DNA of 63,981 nucleotides, counting the filler, from an uncultured bacterium (GTDB taxonomy: Bacteria; Hinthialibacterota; Hinthialibacteria; Hinthialibacterales; Hinthialibacteraceae), in assembly GCA_964449065.1 (NCBI GenBank). It is 3 parts of 3 records of this genome, joined end to end, with 100 filler letters (N's around TTAATTAATTAA, not from the genome) between each part and the next. Parts side by side here need not be neighbours in the genome. Positions count along the whole stretch, not along the records: positions 24,601 to 49,063 come from CAYVAZ010000029.1; 2 more parts are not named here. One strand, 5' to 3'. Positions 27,992 through 40,500 of the stretch are shown here, piece after piece. The notes below the pieces were generated by a model. That model did not search any database and had not been told where the DNA came from. It was given only the letters and a program-made list of their open reading frames with translations. A program made the translations under genes and the position numbers. Every line of letters starts with the position of its first letter. Positions within the stretch are counted from its first letter, which is position 1.

Positions 27992-28918
27992 ATGTCTGAT
28001 TCAAATTTATTGATCGTCGGTTCCGTCGGTCTGGATACCGTCACCACCCCATTCGGCAAGGTCGAGCGCGTATTAGGAGGGACAGCCTCGTACGCCTCCT
28101 GCTCAGCCAGCCATTATGCTTCAGCCTCCATAATTGGTGTGGTCGGTAAGGATTTTCCCGATGAACACACCAAAATGCTGGAATCCAAAAATATCGATCT
28201 CACCTGTTTAGAGTGCGTGGAAGGCAACACCTTCTTTTGGCAGGGCAAATACGAAGGCGACATGAACGAAGCCATCACAGAAGACACCCAACTCGGTGTC
28301 TTTGCCGAATTTTCGCCCAAAATTCCCGATTCACACACATCCATTCCCTATTTGTTCCTGGGCAATATACATCCGCAGTTGCAGTTGGATGTATTAAACC
28401 GCATGAGCGGCAAACCGGTCATCGCGGCCGATACCATGAACTTCTGGCTCGAAGGCGATACCCTTCCCCTGTTAAAAGACGTCGTCAAAGGGGTAGACAT
28501 CATGCTGGTCAATGACGGCGAAGCCCGTCTTCTCACCGGCCATTCAAACCTGCTGGATGCCGCGGAAGCCATCCTGAAAATGGGGCCAAAAGCCGCTGTT
28601 ATCAAAAAAGGCAGCCACGGCGCCATGTTATTTATGGACGATAAAATCTTCAACGTCCCTGCCATTCCATTGCGCACCGCAAAAGACCCAACCGGCGCCG
28701 GAGATACCTTCGCGGGCGGCATGACCGGCTATTTGGCCAAGCAAAATTCATTCGATTTTGAAACCATGAAACAAGCCATCGTTGCCGGAACGGTCATGGC
28801 ATCGTTTACCGTGGAAGACTTCAGTTTGTTCCGCTTGAGTGAAGTCACCAAACCGGAAATTCAAACCCGTTTGGATCTTATGAAAGAACTGACTCAATTT
28901 GAAAACGTAAACGTGTAA
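27992..28918 (+). CDS. PfkB-family carbohydrate/nucleoside kinase
   Basis: VGSVGLDTV, DTMNFW, KKGSHGA, DPTGAGDTFAGG. Confidence 0.92.
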   Translation: MSDSNLLIVGSVGLDTVTTPFGKVERVLGGTASYASCSASHYASASIIGVVGKDFPDEHTKMLESKNIDLTCLECVEGNTFFWQGKYEGDMNEAITEDTQLGVFAEFSPKIPDSHTSIPYLFLGNIHPQLQLDVLNRMSGKPVIAADTMNFWLEGDTLPLLKDVVKGVDIMLVNDGEARLLTGHSNLLDAAEAILKMGPKAAVIKKGSHGAMLFMDDKIFNVPAIPLRTAKDPTGAGDTFAGGMTGYLAKQNSFDFETMKQAIVAGTVMASFTVEDFSLFRLSEVTKPEIQTRLDLMKELTQFENVNV

Positions 28919-28953
28919 AATAACGTATAAACAGAACACGCAGCCGGAGTGGA

Positions 28954-29661
28954 ATGAAATACACCATCATCATACCCGCCTACAACGAAGAATCCCGCAT
29001 CGAAGCCACGGTGCGGGATTATGCTTCCTATTATGAAACGCTGCCGACCGCGGCAGAAACGGAAGTACTGATCGTCGTAAACGGTTCCGGCGATCGAACC
29101 GCGGAAATATCAGAACGCTTGGAACAAGAACTGGCCAGTGTTCGAACCTGGGCCACCCCGGCCAAAATGGGCAAAGGCGGCGCGGTGTTAAAAGGATTCG
29201 AACTTTCAAAGGGCGAAATCATTGCCTTTACCGATGCGGACAACGCCACTTCCCCACAAGAACTTTATAAACTATTCCAAGCCATAGAAGATGGTGTAGA
29301 ATGCGCCATCGGCTCGCGCTGGCTGCCGGAAAGCCTGCAAGAAATCCCCCAACCCCTGGGCAGACGAATCGCCAGCCGCGTATTCAACTTAATCGTCAGA
29401 ATCCTATTCCAGATCAACCTCACCGATACCCAGTGCGGTGCCAAAGCCTTTCGCACAACCGCCATTCGCACATTGTTGAATGAAATGAAATCAAGAGGCT
29501 GGGCCTTCGATGTAGAATTGCTATGGCGCTTAAAGCAAAACAACCATTCCATCCGCGAAATCCCCATCGTCTGGCGTGATAATTCCCAATCCCGCCTGCG
29601 CCTTCACGTTGACGGCCCCGCCATGCTCTGGGAACTGATCAAACTGCGCCTGCGTGGATGA
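28954..29661 (+). CDS. GT2 dolichyl-phosphate beta-glucosyltransferase-like
   Basis: IIPAYNEE, GKGGAV, FTDAD, DTQCGAK, WAFDVELL. Confidence 0.92.
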   Translation: MKYTIIIPAYNEESRIEATVRDYASYYETLPTAAETEVLIVVNGSGDRTAEISERLEQELASVRTWATPAKMGKGGAVLKGFELSKGEIIAFTDADNATSPQELYKLFQAIEDGVECAIGSRWLPESLQEIPQPLGRRIASRVFNLIVRILFQINLTDTQCGAKAFRTTAIRTLLNEMKSRGWAFDVELLWRLKQNNHSIREIPIVWRDNSQSRLRLHVDGPAMLWELIKLRLRG

Positions 29662-29773
29662 TCGTTTGAACTCTTCTTAAAAGTCATAAATTCTAAGTGG
29701 AAAATTCCTTATCCATTTCATGCTGAAGTTATGCTATAATCACCAAAACTATAAATTTAATGGAGTAACTCCA

Positions 29774-30040
29774 ATGCCAGAATTGCTTTTACGTGATGTT
29801 GATGAACGATTACTTCATGATCTTCAGCAATGCGCAAATGAAAAGGGATGCACAGCAGAAGATGAAGCCAAGAAAATCTTATATCAAGTTGTAAAACGAA
29901 GACACGATATAAATGATTTTTTGAAAGAAGCCAATGAATTTGCTCGCCGGGTAGGTCCGCAAACCATTGACAGTGCAGAGATCATTAGGGAAGAACGAGA
30001 GAAATTAATGAAAAATACTATACTAATTTCTAAACTCTAA
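29774..30040 (+). CDS. FitA-like ribbon-helix-helix antitoxin, orphan
   Basis: MPELLLRDVDERLLHDLQQCA...AEDEAKKIL...DSAEIIREER; no PIN toxin follows. Confidence 0.75.
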   Translation: MPELLLRDVDERLLHDLQQCANEKGCTAEDEAKKILYQVVKRRHDINDFLKEANEFARRVGPQTIDSAEIIREEREKLMKNTILISKL

Positions 30041-30084
30041 TCCCTTTTTTTAGGTTTATGCAACCATACGGGGTGATGAACCCT

Positions 30085-30118
30085 GTAGGTTGGGCTCAAA
30101 GCGAAGCGTAGCCCACCA
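30085..30118 (+). repeat. GTAG-type REP element
   Basis: GTAGGTTGGGCT-caaagcgaagcgt-AGCCCACC. Confidence 0.65.
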
Positions 30119-30351
30119 TGACCATATTTGCTCACTCTATTTTATCTAACATTCTCATTGCAACTTGGTATAACATAAGTGTTCAACAACAGTGAACCAT
30201 GTTTCATTCATAACTCGATTATACCTCAATGAGTTAGTTCAAAACAAGATAAAAAACCATTCACAGAACAACATGTATATCGTTCTAATCTTCCAGTAAT
30301 CGGATATACTATCCTGCCAATTTACCATCTTAATATGAGTGAAGCAATAAA

Positions 30352-31122
30352 ATGAATCCAGAACAAATACACAAACTTCTAACCGAAGTCCAAAACGGCG
30401 CTTGCAGTGTGGATGACGCTCTTACATCGCTGAAAAACCTGCCGTATGAAGAAATTGGGGTAGCGACAATCGATCATCACAGAGCGCTAAGGCAAGGTAC
30501 GCCCGAAGTAATCTTTGGTCAAAACAAAGAAACTTGTGATATCCTACGTATTATAGAGCACATGCGCGGCAAAGGCTCTCCGGTGCTGGCCACACGCGTC
30601 CGGAAAGATTCCATCCCCATATTGGTCGAGAAGTATCCGGAAATCGTCGTGTATGAACGTTCCTCGGCTTTAACATTGGGATTTGACGATACGAAAGAGG
30701 GCGTTGGAAACGTTTTGGTGATCTCGGCAGGGACATCGGATATGCACATCGCGGAAGAAGCGGTTTTAACCGCCCGTTTCACCGGTTCAAAAGTTGTCAG
30801 CACAAACGATGTTGGCGTCGCCGGTATCCACCGCCTGTTTGGAAAGTTGGACCTTATCCGAAACGCAAACGTCATCGTAGTCGTTGCCGGCATGGAAGGC
30901 GCGTTGGCGGGCGTAGTAGGCGGGCTCAGCGAAGTCCCCGTTATTGGGGTACCGACCAGCGTAGGGTACGGGGCCAACTTCGGCGGGCTTTCGGCCTTGC
31001 TGACTATGTTAAACAGTTGCAGCGCAGGAGTGACGGTTGTCAATATAGATAACGGCTTCGGCGCGGGTTTCGCCGCCAGCCAAATCAACAAAAAAATCTG
31101 CGCGGCAGGAGAAAAATCATGA
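30352..31122 (+). CDS. larB: LarB/CpmA (PurE-related NCAIR mutase-like) protein
   Basis: DHHRALRQGTPEVIFG, AGTSD, DVGVAGIHRL, AGMEGAL, PTSVGYG, VNIDNGFGA. Confidence 0.93.
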   Translation: MNPEQIHKLLTEVQNGACSVDDALTSLKNLPYEEIGVATIDHHRALRQGTPEVIFGQNKETCDILRIIEHMRGKGSPVLATRVRKDSIPILVEKYPEIVVYERSSALTLGFDDTKEGVGNVLVISAGTSDMHIAEEAVLTARFTGSKVVSTNDVGVAGIHRLFGKLDLIRNANVIVVVAGMEGALAGVVGGLSEVPVIGVPTSVGYGANFGGLSALLTMLNSCSAGVTVVNIDNGFGAGFAASQINKKICAAGEKS

Positions 31123-32240
31123 TCAGTTTTTCCTCTATCCATCCTCGTTTTATGGCATTGTTTGTCGTGGGATTTCTATGTTTATACACTGCTGAAATCA
31201 AATTGACTCATGCTCAAGACAATCCAGAATCGTCAAACTTTCCTGAAACCATAATCGTAAAAAATGTACGGGGATGGGCCTATATTTACCAGGACTACGA
31301 ACGCTCTCCTAACAGCGGTAGAAAAGCATTAGAGAAAGGCGAACCCATTCCTCTGGCTAAAGATATTGTCGTTTCACCCAACTCACGCATAACACTCTCT
31401 TTAGGAGAAATCGCTTCCATCGGCGTGTTCGGCCCCTCTCATATTCGCTTTGATCAGATCACCTCCAGCCGGTCTACCTATCAAATCGATGTCCGGCTTG
31501 AATCCGGCTCCAAATGGTTCAAAGTGAACAGCCAAGAACTCGGTTACCGTTCGTTCATCTATCGTGTAAACCTTATCCGAACCGTTCTTAAAGAAGATGT
31601 TACAATCTACTTTGAAAGTGGCAAAAAAACCGGTGCCGTGGATATAACCTATGTTGAAGGGCCGGACCGGTTAAGCTTTTGGCGCGCTTCCAATGAGAGA
31701 TATTTCATTTCATCCGGCGATTTCTTGCCTGTATCCCCGGATACTACGCAACCTGAAATTAAAACCAATCCTAAACTTCCAGTCATTAAATCGAAACTAT
31801 CCGCATGGGATAATTGGCAGCCCGAACCGCTGGCAATGAAATTGGATTACTTTATCCCGCCACTGGAACTCTACGCTCCTTACGGAACCCTACCCGCGTT
31901 GCACCCCTACAAAATCCCCATCGATCACACCATGCTGTTGCCTCCAGAAACCCGCAGTATGGGCGAAATTTTGGAACTTTATAAAAAAGGGTTGCGGGAA
32001 TACAAAAAGGATACAGGGAATTTTCCGACCAAAGATCAAGGGCTGGATGTATTGATTGCCCAAGACAGGACGTTAGGCTGGAACGGCCCTTATGTGCCGC
32101 TAAGCATTCCCCGCCGGGATTTATGGGGATCAAAGTTCGTCTACGAAGTCATTGTGGATGGCGAGAAAAAATATCCGGATGTGCGAAGTATGGGGCCAAA
32201 TCAAAAAGATGATAAAGGATTGGAAGACGACATCCGCTAA
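31119..32240 (+). CDS. Exported protein: FecR-like N-terminal beta domain + GspG-like pseudopilin domain
   Basis: C-terminus YKKDTGNFPTKDQGLDVL...WNGPY...DLWGSKFVY...SMGPN...DDI; no prepilin GFTLxE site. Confidence 0.65.
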   Translation: MISFSSIHPRFMALFVVGFLCLYTAEIKLTHAQDNPESSNFPETIIVKNVRGWAYIYQDYERSPNSGRKALEKGEPIPLAKDIVVSPNSRITLSLGEIASIGVFGPSHIRFDQITSSRSTYQIDVRLESGSKWFKVNSQELGYRSFIYRVNLIRTVLKEDVTIYFESGKKTGAVDITYVEGPDRLSFWRASNERYFISSGDFLPVSPDTTQPEIKTNPKLPVIKSKLSAWDNWQPEPLAMKLDYFIPPLELYAPYGTLPALHPYKIPIDHTMLLPPETRSMGEILELYKKGLREYKKDTGNFPTKDQGLDVLIAQDRTLGWNGPYVPLSIPRRDLWGSKFVYEVIVDGEKKYPDVRSMGPNQKDDKGLEDDIR

Positions 32241-32267
32241 CAAGTTTTTGTGCTGAACATGTTTTGA

Positions 32268-33413
32268 TTAAGGTGACGTTGCCGCCTGTGCGGTTTGAAC
32301 GTGCGGCGGAAATTTATGCTCGTACATTTCTTCATATATAACTAAGTTATATTTCTCTTTTAATTCATCCCGCCATTTTTTGATCTCTTCATCCAATATC
32401 ATGCTGGGAACAATTTTTTGGATCGTCTCGGATTCAAAGGGATGAACAAAAGATTGGTGCTGCGTTTTTACCAGCAGAAAACCATATCCATGTTGGGAGC
32501 GGTACACCTCAGACAATTCGCCGACGGGCGTGGACTTTGCGGTTTGCATACACCCATCCGAAAACGCCTCTTCAAAATCTTTGTTGTGGTACATCGTTAC
32601 ATAACCGCCGTTATAGGACGCCTCGAAACTATCGGAATACTCGCGGGCGTATTCACGCATCACATCCCGCTTTGCGTCTAATGTATCCAGCTTCGAGATT
32701 CGCTCCGCCACTTGAGCGCGTAATTCAACAGCCCGTTTTTTGGCTTCTTCTAACGTACGGTCTCCTTTGGCATGAATATCAACCCGGTTGAAAAACGTAC
32801 GGTGGGCAGGAGTAAATTTGTCAATGTTATCCTCATAAAATTGCCGCATGCGATTTTGAGTGATGCTGTTCCATATCTCTTCATTTTTTTCTTCCACGCA
32901 TTTTTTTCCCAATTCAATATTCACAAGAATATTGAGAAAATCATCTTCGGTTTGATCGGCATCGGTTAAATATTTTTTATAAATATCTTGTGACTCAAAA
33001 TTCCCTTTTGCTTTGTGCAGCAAGGCTTCTTGTTCTGCGTTGCTCAATGAAATTCCATTTTCTCTTGCTTCTAATATAAGCAGATAATTGCCAACCAACG
33101 TTTCGGTCACTTTGCGGCGTTCCTGCTTGATCCGCTCTTTGTTCAGTGTGGCATCCTCTATATCTGGACCCGCCGGGTTGTTGTTCGAAAGAACGAATTG
33201 ATCAATCTGCCTAAGAGTCAGCTGTCCGCCATCCCACTTCGCCACAATGTGCTCATCTTTTCCCGCCATCCCGGCAGAAACGGAAGGAGGTAAGGGGGTA
33301 ACAGAAACCAAAGGCTGCGGTTTTGTCAGGTCTGCCTGTTCGTCTGGTTGAGACCCGCAGGAAGCGAAAAATACAGCGGCACACATACAAATAAATTTAC
33401 TGTCTAATCTCAT
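32268..33413 (-). CDS. PrsA/SurA-like peptidyl-prolyl isomerase lipoprotein
   Basis: Lipobox FASC; AREYSD...NGG...VGELSEVYRSQHGYGFLLV. Confidence 0.75.
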   Translation of the reverse strand: MRLDSKFICMCAAVFFASCGSQPDEQADLTKPQPLVSVTPLPPSVSAGMAGKDEHIVAKWDGGQLTLRQIDQFVLSNNNPAGPDIEDATLNKERIKQERRKVTETLVGNYLLILEARENGISLSNAEQEALLHKAKGNFESQDIYKKYLTDADQTEDDFLNILVNIELGKKCVEEKNEEIWNSITQNRMRQFYEDNIDKFTPAHRTFFNRVDIHAKGDRTLEEAKKRAVELRAQVAERISKLDTLDAKRDVMREYAREYSDSFEASYNGGYVTMYHNKDFEEAFSDGCMQTAKSTPVGELSEVYRSQHGYGFLLVKTQHQSFVHPFESETIQKIVPSMILDEEIKKWRDELKEKYNLVIYEEMYEHKFPPHVQTAQAATSP

Positions 33414-33482
33414 ACAATTCATCCACATACGGTCATCCAACACATTGAAAATTCAAATTCACTCAAAATTATTTCGCTTTTG

Positions 33483-34433
33483 TTATTGTTGCTGCTGAAG
33501 CTGTTCGGCAGGAACAAGCCTCGCATCCGGCCCTGTATTGCCGGGTTTTTCAAAAATATCTTCAAATTGAGGTTTTTCTTGTCCGTTCCCAAACTGATTC
33601 CAATATTTTTCATACGCGTCCCGCATATTTTTCGGGTAATGAAATTCCGGCTTGTAATTTGCGCTTTCCTTACTAAATTGCTTGCCGTATCTTGACCAAT
33701 ATTCTTCCAATGCTTTTACTTGTTGCTCTTTGCTTACACGGCCGGGAGTCGGCATTCCATGAGGGGGTTTGTAATTTTTTGACATTTCCTTGAATTTATC
33801 CCCATACACCCGCATGTAATAATCATAAGCTTGTTCTTGTTCTTCCGGTGTAAGCGGCCGCATGGTTCGCTTAACTTCCTCGTAAAACTTCGGTTGTTTC
33901 GCTCGGCGCAGGGGAAACTTCGCCTCTCCTAATGCCAGCAATACCGCATCATTTGTTAACGATTCGATTTCGATACCGTTGTCCAATTGTTCGCCTTCAT
34001 ACACAGTGAATGAAAGATTTTCCCGTGTTTTTTTAATCGTCCCCTGCTTAACCCGGCCCACTTCCATAAAATCCGTATACACCCAATCGTGAATCAAAGA
34101 AATGATTCGGTTCTTATCCAGTTCTTTTTGAACTTGGGCGGAATCCAAGGCAGTTTCTGCCACCGTACCGCTTTGGCTATTTTTAGGAGAAGGCTCTGCA
34201 TCTTGTAATGCTTCCGTAAGCGAGGGGTCATTTTGTTCCGGTGTGGGTTCTGGAAAGAATTCCAGAATATAATCCCCACCGGGATCGCTTTGCACAACGG
34301 GTTGCGGTTGGCGGTTAAAATCAATTCGGTTCACGATCACGTTTGTCTTATCAGAGTGCGGCAAAAATATCACCACAGAGAAAACCACCGCAAACAGTAA
34401 GAAGCCTATGATCAAAAGAAAAAATGGACGCAT
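33483..34433 (-). CDS. Membrane-anchored hypothetical protein with GspC/PilP-like beta domain and repeated YWxxFG helices
   Basis: N-terminal TM; FTVYEGEQLDNGIEIESLTNDAVLL; C-terminal motif shared with 91..2112. Confidence 0.65.
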   Translation of the reverse strand: MRPFFLLIIGFLLFAVVFSVVIFLPHSDKTNVIVNRIDFNRQPQPVVQSDPGGDYILEFFPEPTPEQNDPSLTEALQDAEPSPKNSQSGTVAETALDSAQVQKELDKNRIISLIHDWVYTDFMEVGRVKQGTIKKTRENLSFTVYEGEQLDNGIEIESLTNDAVLLALGEAKFPLRRAKQPKFYEEVKRTMRPLTPEEQEQAYDYYMRVYGDKFKEMSKNYKPPHGMPTPGRVSKEQQVKALEEYWSRYGKQFSKESANYKPEFHYPKNMRDAYEKYWNQFGNGQEKPQFEDIFEKPGNTGPDARLVPAEQLQQQQ

Positions 34434-34589
34434 ACGAAATCCTTACATCAATTATCGCCTTATTTTAATCCAATCCATCCATAAGAAAAGTATGACGACA
34501 TGCACGACAGATTCAACGGTTTTTTTTACAAAAAGTAACGGCACTCATGATTTGAGTGCCGTTCTAATCTCTCGTGTAACTGTTCGCCG

Positions 34590-37500
34590 TTAAAAGTTGG
34601 GCGGCAAGACAAACGAATCTTCAAACCGGTAATCCATAAAGAATATGGTATCGGCATCACCCTGATCCAAAGCCGTGAATTCCGGCAAGCGAAGGAGACC
34701 AAAGGTCTCTCCATCGCGGTTAATGACAAGATACGATCTTCCTTGTTCCGCCGTCGCGCCAAAGCCGGGGAAGTTTAATTGCCCTGCGTTGGGGTCAAAC
34801 GGGTTCACGCGGACGGTTGTGCGGCTGAACTGCGCGATCAACTGTTGTGGGTTCACGGCAAAGATATCCGTATTTTCCGGCAGCATCATCACCGCGCCTT
34901 TCGGGCTGGTGGCAACCAATTCGCCGTTCGATAGCACCACATCCGCCTCACCTGGGAATAATGAGAGAACCGGGCCGCGGTCTTTAAAACTAAACCCGAT
35001 CGGGTTGGAAGAGGTCTGACCGTCTAAGGAACTGATTGGCGGTTCGGGTTCATCCGCATCGTCACCCAAGCCCAAATCGATATCCGCGTTTTCTTCAATC
35101 ATCAAGTTCAAGAACATGCTGTTTAATTGCGGAGTACCGTCTTCATTCGGGGTAAACTCCATTTGCGCGTTCCCCAATGGGTTCGCCGAAGTTCTGTTCC
35201 CAAAGAAATTCACGAACTCCATGATTGGAGGAGCAATATCACGTGCCAAAGCCCCTTCTCTAAATATGGCCATTAAGCCAGTGGAAGTTAGCGGATTATT
35301 CTCATCAATGTTGATGAAGAAATTTTTCGGCTCATCAATAAACCGGCTGCGGGGTTGATAAAATCCAAGCCGCCTGTTACCGGTTTGCCGCGTCAAGAAT
35401 GTGATATCTTCAAATTCCAAGTCATCGGTATCAATGAGTTCATCGATATTGCGCCCGAATTCTGTAATCTGCCACAATTCCACATTCCAAGACCGCCCAT
35501 CCGAAACTTCACGCAACCGAATCGATTGATCAAAGGCAAAATCATTCGCGAAAAATGTAGCAAACAGTTCCGGCGTTTGGGTGCCAACCTCGACATCGAC
35601 ACTGAAAAATTCAATATCCGGTACAAAGGCTGAAAAGTCAATCACGACATTCGCTTGAACCGTGTCCCCGATAGAAGAAATGGTAAAGGCGTTTTGCACG
35701 GTACTGGAGACCGCGTAATTTTCCATCTCATAATAATCAAAGAACGTTGTGAGAGCACGCCTCAACCCTGCCGAAGTATTTCCGTGATCATCCTTATAAT
35801 CCGGGGCCACATATTTCATCACCCCTGCCACGTTTTCATCTTCAATGGCTTTCAAGATATCTCTCACAATCTCAACAACCGTCTGCAGATTGACATTCAT
35901 GGTTTCGATATCCACTACCGCGTCATTATCAATTCCCGGATTTTCCGCGAATATAAATCCATCGCCGGGGAGCGGTTCATCCGTATCGCTGGCAATCGAT
36001 ACTTCCCCGCTGCCTTCCAGGAACAATAGCGAATTCGGCTTATTGGTAAATGATTTAATCTGCCGCACCGCGCCCGCGGGGAATGTCAAACTTTGTGCTT
36101 GATCTGCAATAGCGGAAGCGCGGCTGGAACCAGCAACCGAAGCCAACCTGCCGTCGTCATCCACAATCATAATATCGGATACCGAGTTGCCGCTGACCAG
36201 CAGTTCCAAATCACGGTATTTATCTTCCGCGATCAAATTGTTCCATTCACCAACCTGGTTGGGTCCGGCGGTTGAGAACATGCCGTTACCCGTTAAGAAA
36301 TACAGAGTGGAACCGTCGGGAGAAAGTTCCATATCGCGGTATAAATCAATATCAACCGCTGGAGGACGCAAATCAGTGTTGGCGTTGCCAAGATAAAGCA
36401 TATCGCCATCGCCATCCAATATGTAAATTGCGCCATTCACGAAATCCACTTCTACATCACGGGCAAACTCGATACTGATTTGCCCCGGTGTTGGAGACTC
36501 GATCAATTCCGATCCACTTACAGCATTCCGCAAGAACGCTTTTTCATCCGCATTGAAGGCAATTTCACCGTTGGGCTGAATCCGCCGTTGGAAGGAAGCA
36601 ATATCCCCGCTGCCCAAGATGTTGCCGTCATCCTGCAAGATGACCGCTCCGGAGTTATTGTCTGTTTTTTCCATATCCGTACTGCGGGTAACCACTGAAA
36701 CATTATTGAATCCAGGGCCGTCACCCAATGTAAAGATTCTGCCGTCATCGGTTAATTTAACATAGTCCACAACGTTTTCTAAATCGCCTTCCACAACGGT
36801 GGTTCCATTGTTGGATGCATCATCACCAGTTCCCCCACCCGGGCCATCGCCGCCTGAAGGAAGAGCCCTGATGGGGCCGTCCGCATAGACAAAAACGGGG
36901 GCATTTACACCATCATTGATTTCGGCATAAATGAAAAACGATTGCGTCGGATCAAAATCAGGAATATCTTCCCGCATATCAACCGTAAATGAGTTTTCAA
37001 ATCCTTCCCGCAGCTGCGCTCCCGGAATAAAAGTCCCATCAAAGTTTTGGTTATCCGTATCGACAAATAGGCGAACGGTAGCCACGTTATCCGGGTCATT
37101 GGCCTGGAAAATAACTTCAAACGTAAAATCTTCCGATGCCACGTTTTGCTGCGCGCCCGGTGACAAAAATGAGATTTGCGGCGGAACATTCGCGCTGCGG
37201 ACTAAAATCGGCCCGGTGGTAATTTGATTTTTGCTCACATTAGGAAATGCGGTCGACCCCACATCAAAATCGGTTTTGATGAAGGATTGATATCCGATAC
37301 CGCCATTGGGCGCATCCACAATTTGTTGCGTGTTATCGGTAGGATCGGTTACGATGAGTTGACGGTTACGCTGACCGGAACGAATACGTACACGAAACGC
37401 GTCACCGGTTTGAGCCGCATCCCCCGCGCGCAAAACGACATAAAAATCGTTTCCGGCAAGCGGCCCGAAGTTCTCATCCGGTATTTGTACCTGGTATTGA

Positions 37501-40500
37501 TAATTGGTATCGAAAAGACCATTGTTAGCTTCCAGAAAATCGTTCAAACCTAATGCTTCATACGGGCTGTCAAACGAGAGTTCAACCGGTTCCGGCAACT
37601 CCAAATCCGCAAAATCCGGTTCTTCAGGTGGGTCTTGGCTGGCGGCGTCATCTTCAATATCCGCGATTTGTTCTTCAAAATCGGCTTGCAAATCGGCCGC
37701 ATTCTCAATCGCATCAGCAAGCGCGTCCGCGATTTGTTCCAAATAGTTGCCGATCGCTTCGTCATCCGCAACTTCCACAAAGAAACCGTTCTGATACACG
37801 CCATCGTCTGCATCCAGGTTATCCCCTTCCGGATTCTGCCCGTTCGGGCCGTTCACATCCACAATCAACGGAGTCGTTCCAACGCGAACAAATCCGGTGC
37901 GGGGGTCGGGAAAACGAAGCGCGGCGGCAAGAGACAACAAAATCGTGCGGCGTTCGTCTCCATCCGGGTCCTCAAGCCTTGTAATTTGGTTGGCATCATC
38001 CTGAATCAATGTAAGCAAGAACAGTTCTTCTCCAGTAGCAGGATGGGTAACAACCAAGTCATCCGGAATCAGATCCGGCAGACCTAACGCTTTAAATAAA
38101 TCCAGCAGTCCGTTGTAAGGCTGCAAACCCGTAAAGGTTCCTTGATTGAGCAACGGTGGATCAAATTCCGGCGCTGCTGCCGGCGTGATTCCAATCCGGC
38201 TGAATTCAGAGGGAAATATGCTGAAACGGGATAGCTGATATTGATCAAAGTTTAGCGCGGTCAAATCCAACTCGGAAAACCAACTGCCTTCCGAAAGGTT
38301 TAAAGGGAGCAATCCCCCGTCCACCAACGTGAAGGGTTGGTTGTCCGGCTCAATCGCCTCAATAAATTCCTGGTATTTATCTTGATCGTTCGGCGGCCAT
38401 ACATAAGTCGAGGCCTGAAATCCAGCGGGAGAGCCAAACCGGTCTCCGGAAGAGGGCAAGAACGTGTCAAATACATCAAACAAACTGTTATCCCCGGCAG
38501 GGGTGCCATCGCCTAAATCTTCATCAATCAGCCCATCGCCATCGTCATCCACCAAGTTATAGTCTTCTTCATCGGTTAACCCATCGCCATCGTCATCTAT
38601 TCCGTTCCCGGGAGGGGTATCGTCCTCTTGATAAATCGCCACGGAATGCTGCGTGATAATGCGGTTAAACGGCAAATCGACAAACAACTGCACCGGAATC
38701 GCGTTAAAAATAAGCGGATCAAACACCGGACTCGACTGTGTCGGCAAAAATTCAACTTGTATCTCACGAAAAACCGATGATTCGGTAAAGAACACATCAA
38801 AGTTATCCGGTGAGATGCCTTCAAAGTTTTGCACCCGGTTGGGATTCTGTCCGAAGTCAATTGCGTTAATACCAATGACCCCTTTTGGCGGTGAACTCAA
38901 TGAGCTGTCAAACAAAATGTTGTTGCGGTTGGCTTCTCTAGGTGTTGCCCCCGGTTGGGTCAAATCTTCAAACTGAAACCGAGGATTCGGCCGGCCGATC
39001 ATGGCAAAAGTACGGTCTGTATTGGGGCGGCCAACACCCAGGCTGGAGACCGAATCAAATTCTGTAACCCCATCCACATTGCCTTGGGTGAATTCCGTTA
39101 CATTCGTCCCTACAACAATATCACGGGGATCAATAAACGGAACAAATGAGTCCAACGCACGCAATCTGTCGCTGGTTTGAATCGCCACAAAAATATCGGG
39201 GCCCGCAAAATCTCCGGTACGCGATGCCGGGATGGAAATATCACTTAACGCGTTTTCTTGTCCAATCGGTAAAATGTAAGTAAATCCTTGAACAATGGGG
39301 AACCCAAACAACTCTTCCATGTTGGTAATCCCGTTTTCTTCCGTAAATTCCGCCAAATAACGTATTTGCCCTTCGGTTAAACCTAAATAAGGGCGCAACA
39401 CGTTGATCATCAAGTCAAAGAAGAAGCAATCGGGGTCTTCGTAGCAGGCCAAGGTTCCATAGGGAGCCCGAAGACCGTCAACGGCATCCGGAAGCGCGGT
39501 AACGCCAAGCAAATCGGCTGCAAGGTTGGTATCTTGAAATAAAAATGAAACGGTATCATTCGCGCCTTCATTTAACGTACCGGGTATCAACCGTTTTACG
39601 ATTCGGCTAATGGGTGAACCCGGTGTATTCACATCATCGGGATTGATTCCAAATGTTTCTACACGAAATTGGTTGGAATCCAACTCCAAGATTTGATCGA
39701 CTCCGGCATCAAACTGGTTGGGGGTTCCTCCCAATTCACGGTACAAGAAAATCCCTCCCGCATTGTTACTGGAAAGCGTTTGCAATATATCCGGCCCGAT
39801 CGTTCTCGGTGTCAGCGCATCCACACCGATGTTGGGAAGACGCGGACCGAATGGCGTAAACCCGGTAACATGAGCATCCAGATTATCCATCCCCAATAAA
39901 AAGGCCGGCAGAGGAAATCCGCTGGGATCCAACGGAGCCGTCATCGGAAATTCTATAGGACCATCCGGCGTTTCAATCGTAGAGGTCAATAATTCCCCCG
40001 TTTCAGGATTCGTTGGAAAATTGTAAAACCACGGGCTGTAGAAAAATGAGGGAAACAAGTTCAACTGACTCAATTGACCGGATTGTGCGGCGGCCAGCAA
40101 ACCGGCAAATTGCGCGCCGGCATACTCCGCTTGCGAACGATTTGCCATCAAACGGGCGATTTGCCCCAAATTAAGGCCGATAAAGTTGATTCGGAGTTCT
40201 TTTAAGAAATACCCCTGATCCTCACGGCCCACTGATTCCAAACCGATGATGGTTTTGGGTTCGGAACTGGCATCGACACGGGTGGTATTGTCGTTTTCAT
40301 TCACAATGCTGAATAATTCAAACAAATCGCCTTCAAACAACGCCGGTTCGGCAAAATCTGGATTCAAACTACGGAATGCTTCTCCAGGAAAACGGTCATC
40401 ATACAGTGTGTTATCCGGTAATGGATTGGAGATATCGCGAATGGTGATCCCATTGGCTGGAATGCTGACTTCAAAACGGTCCCCGTGAAGAATATTTAAA

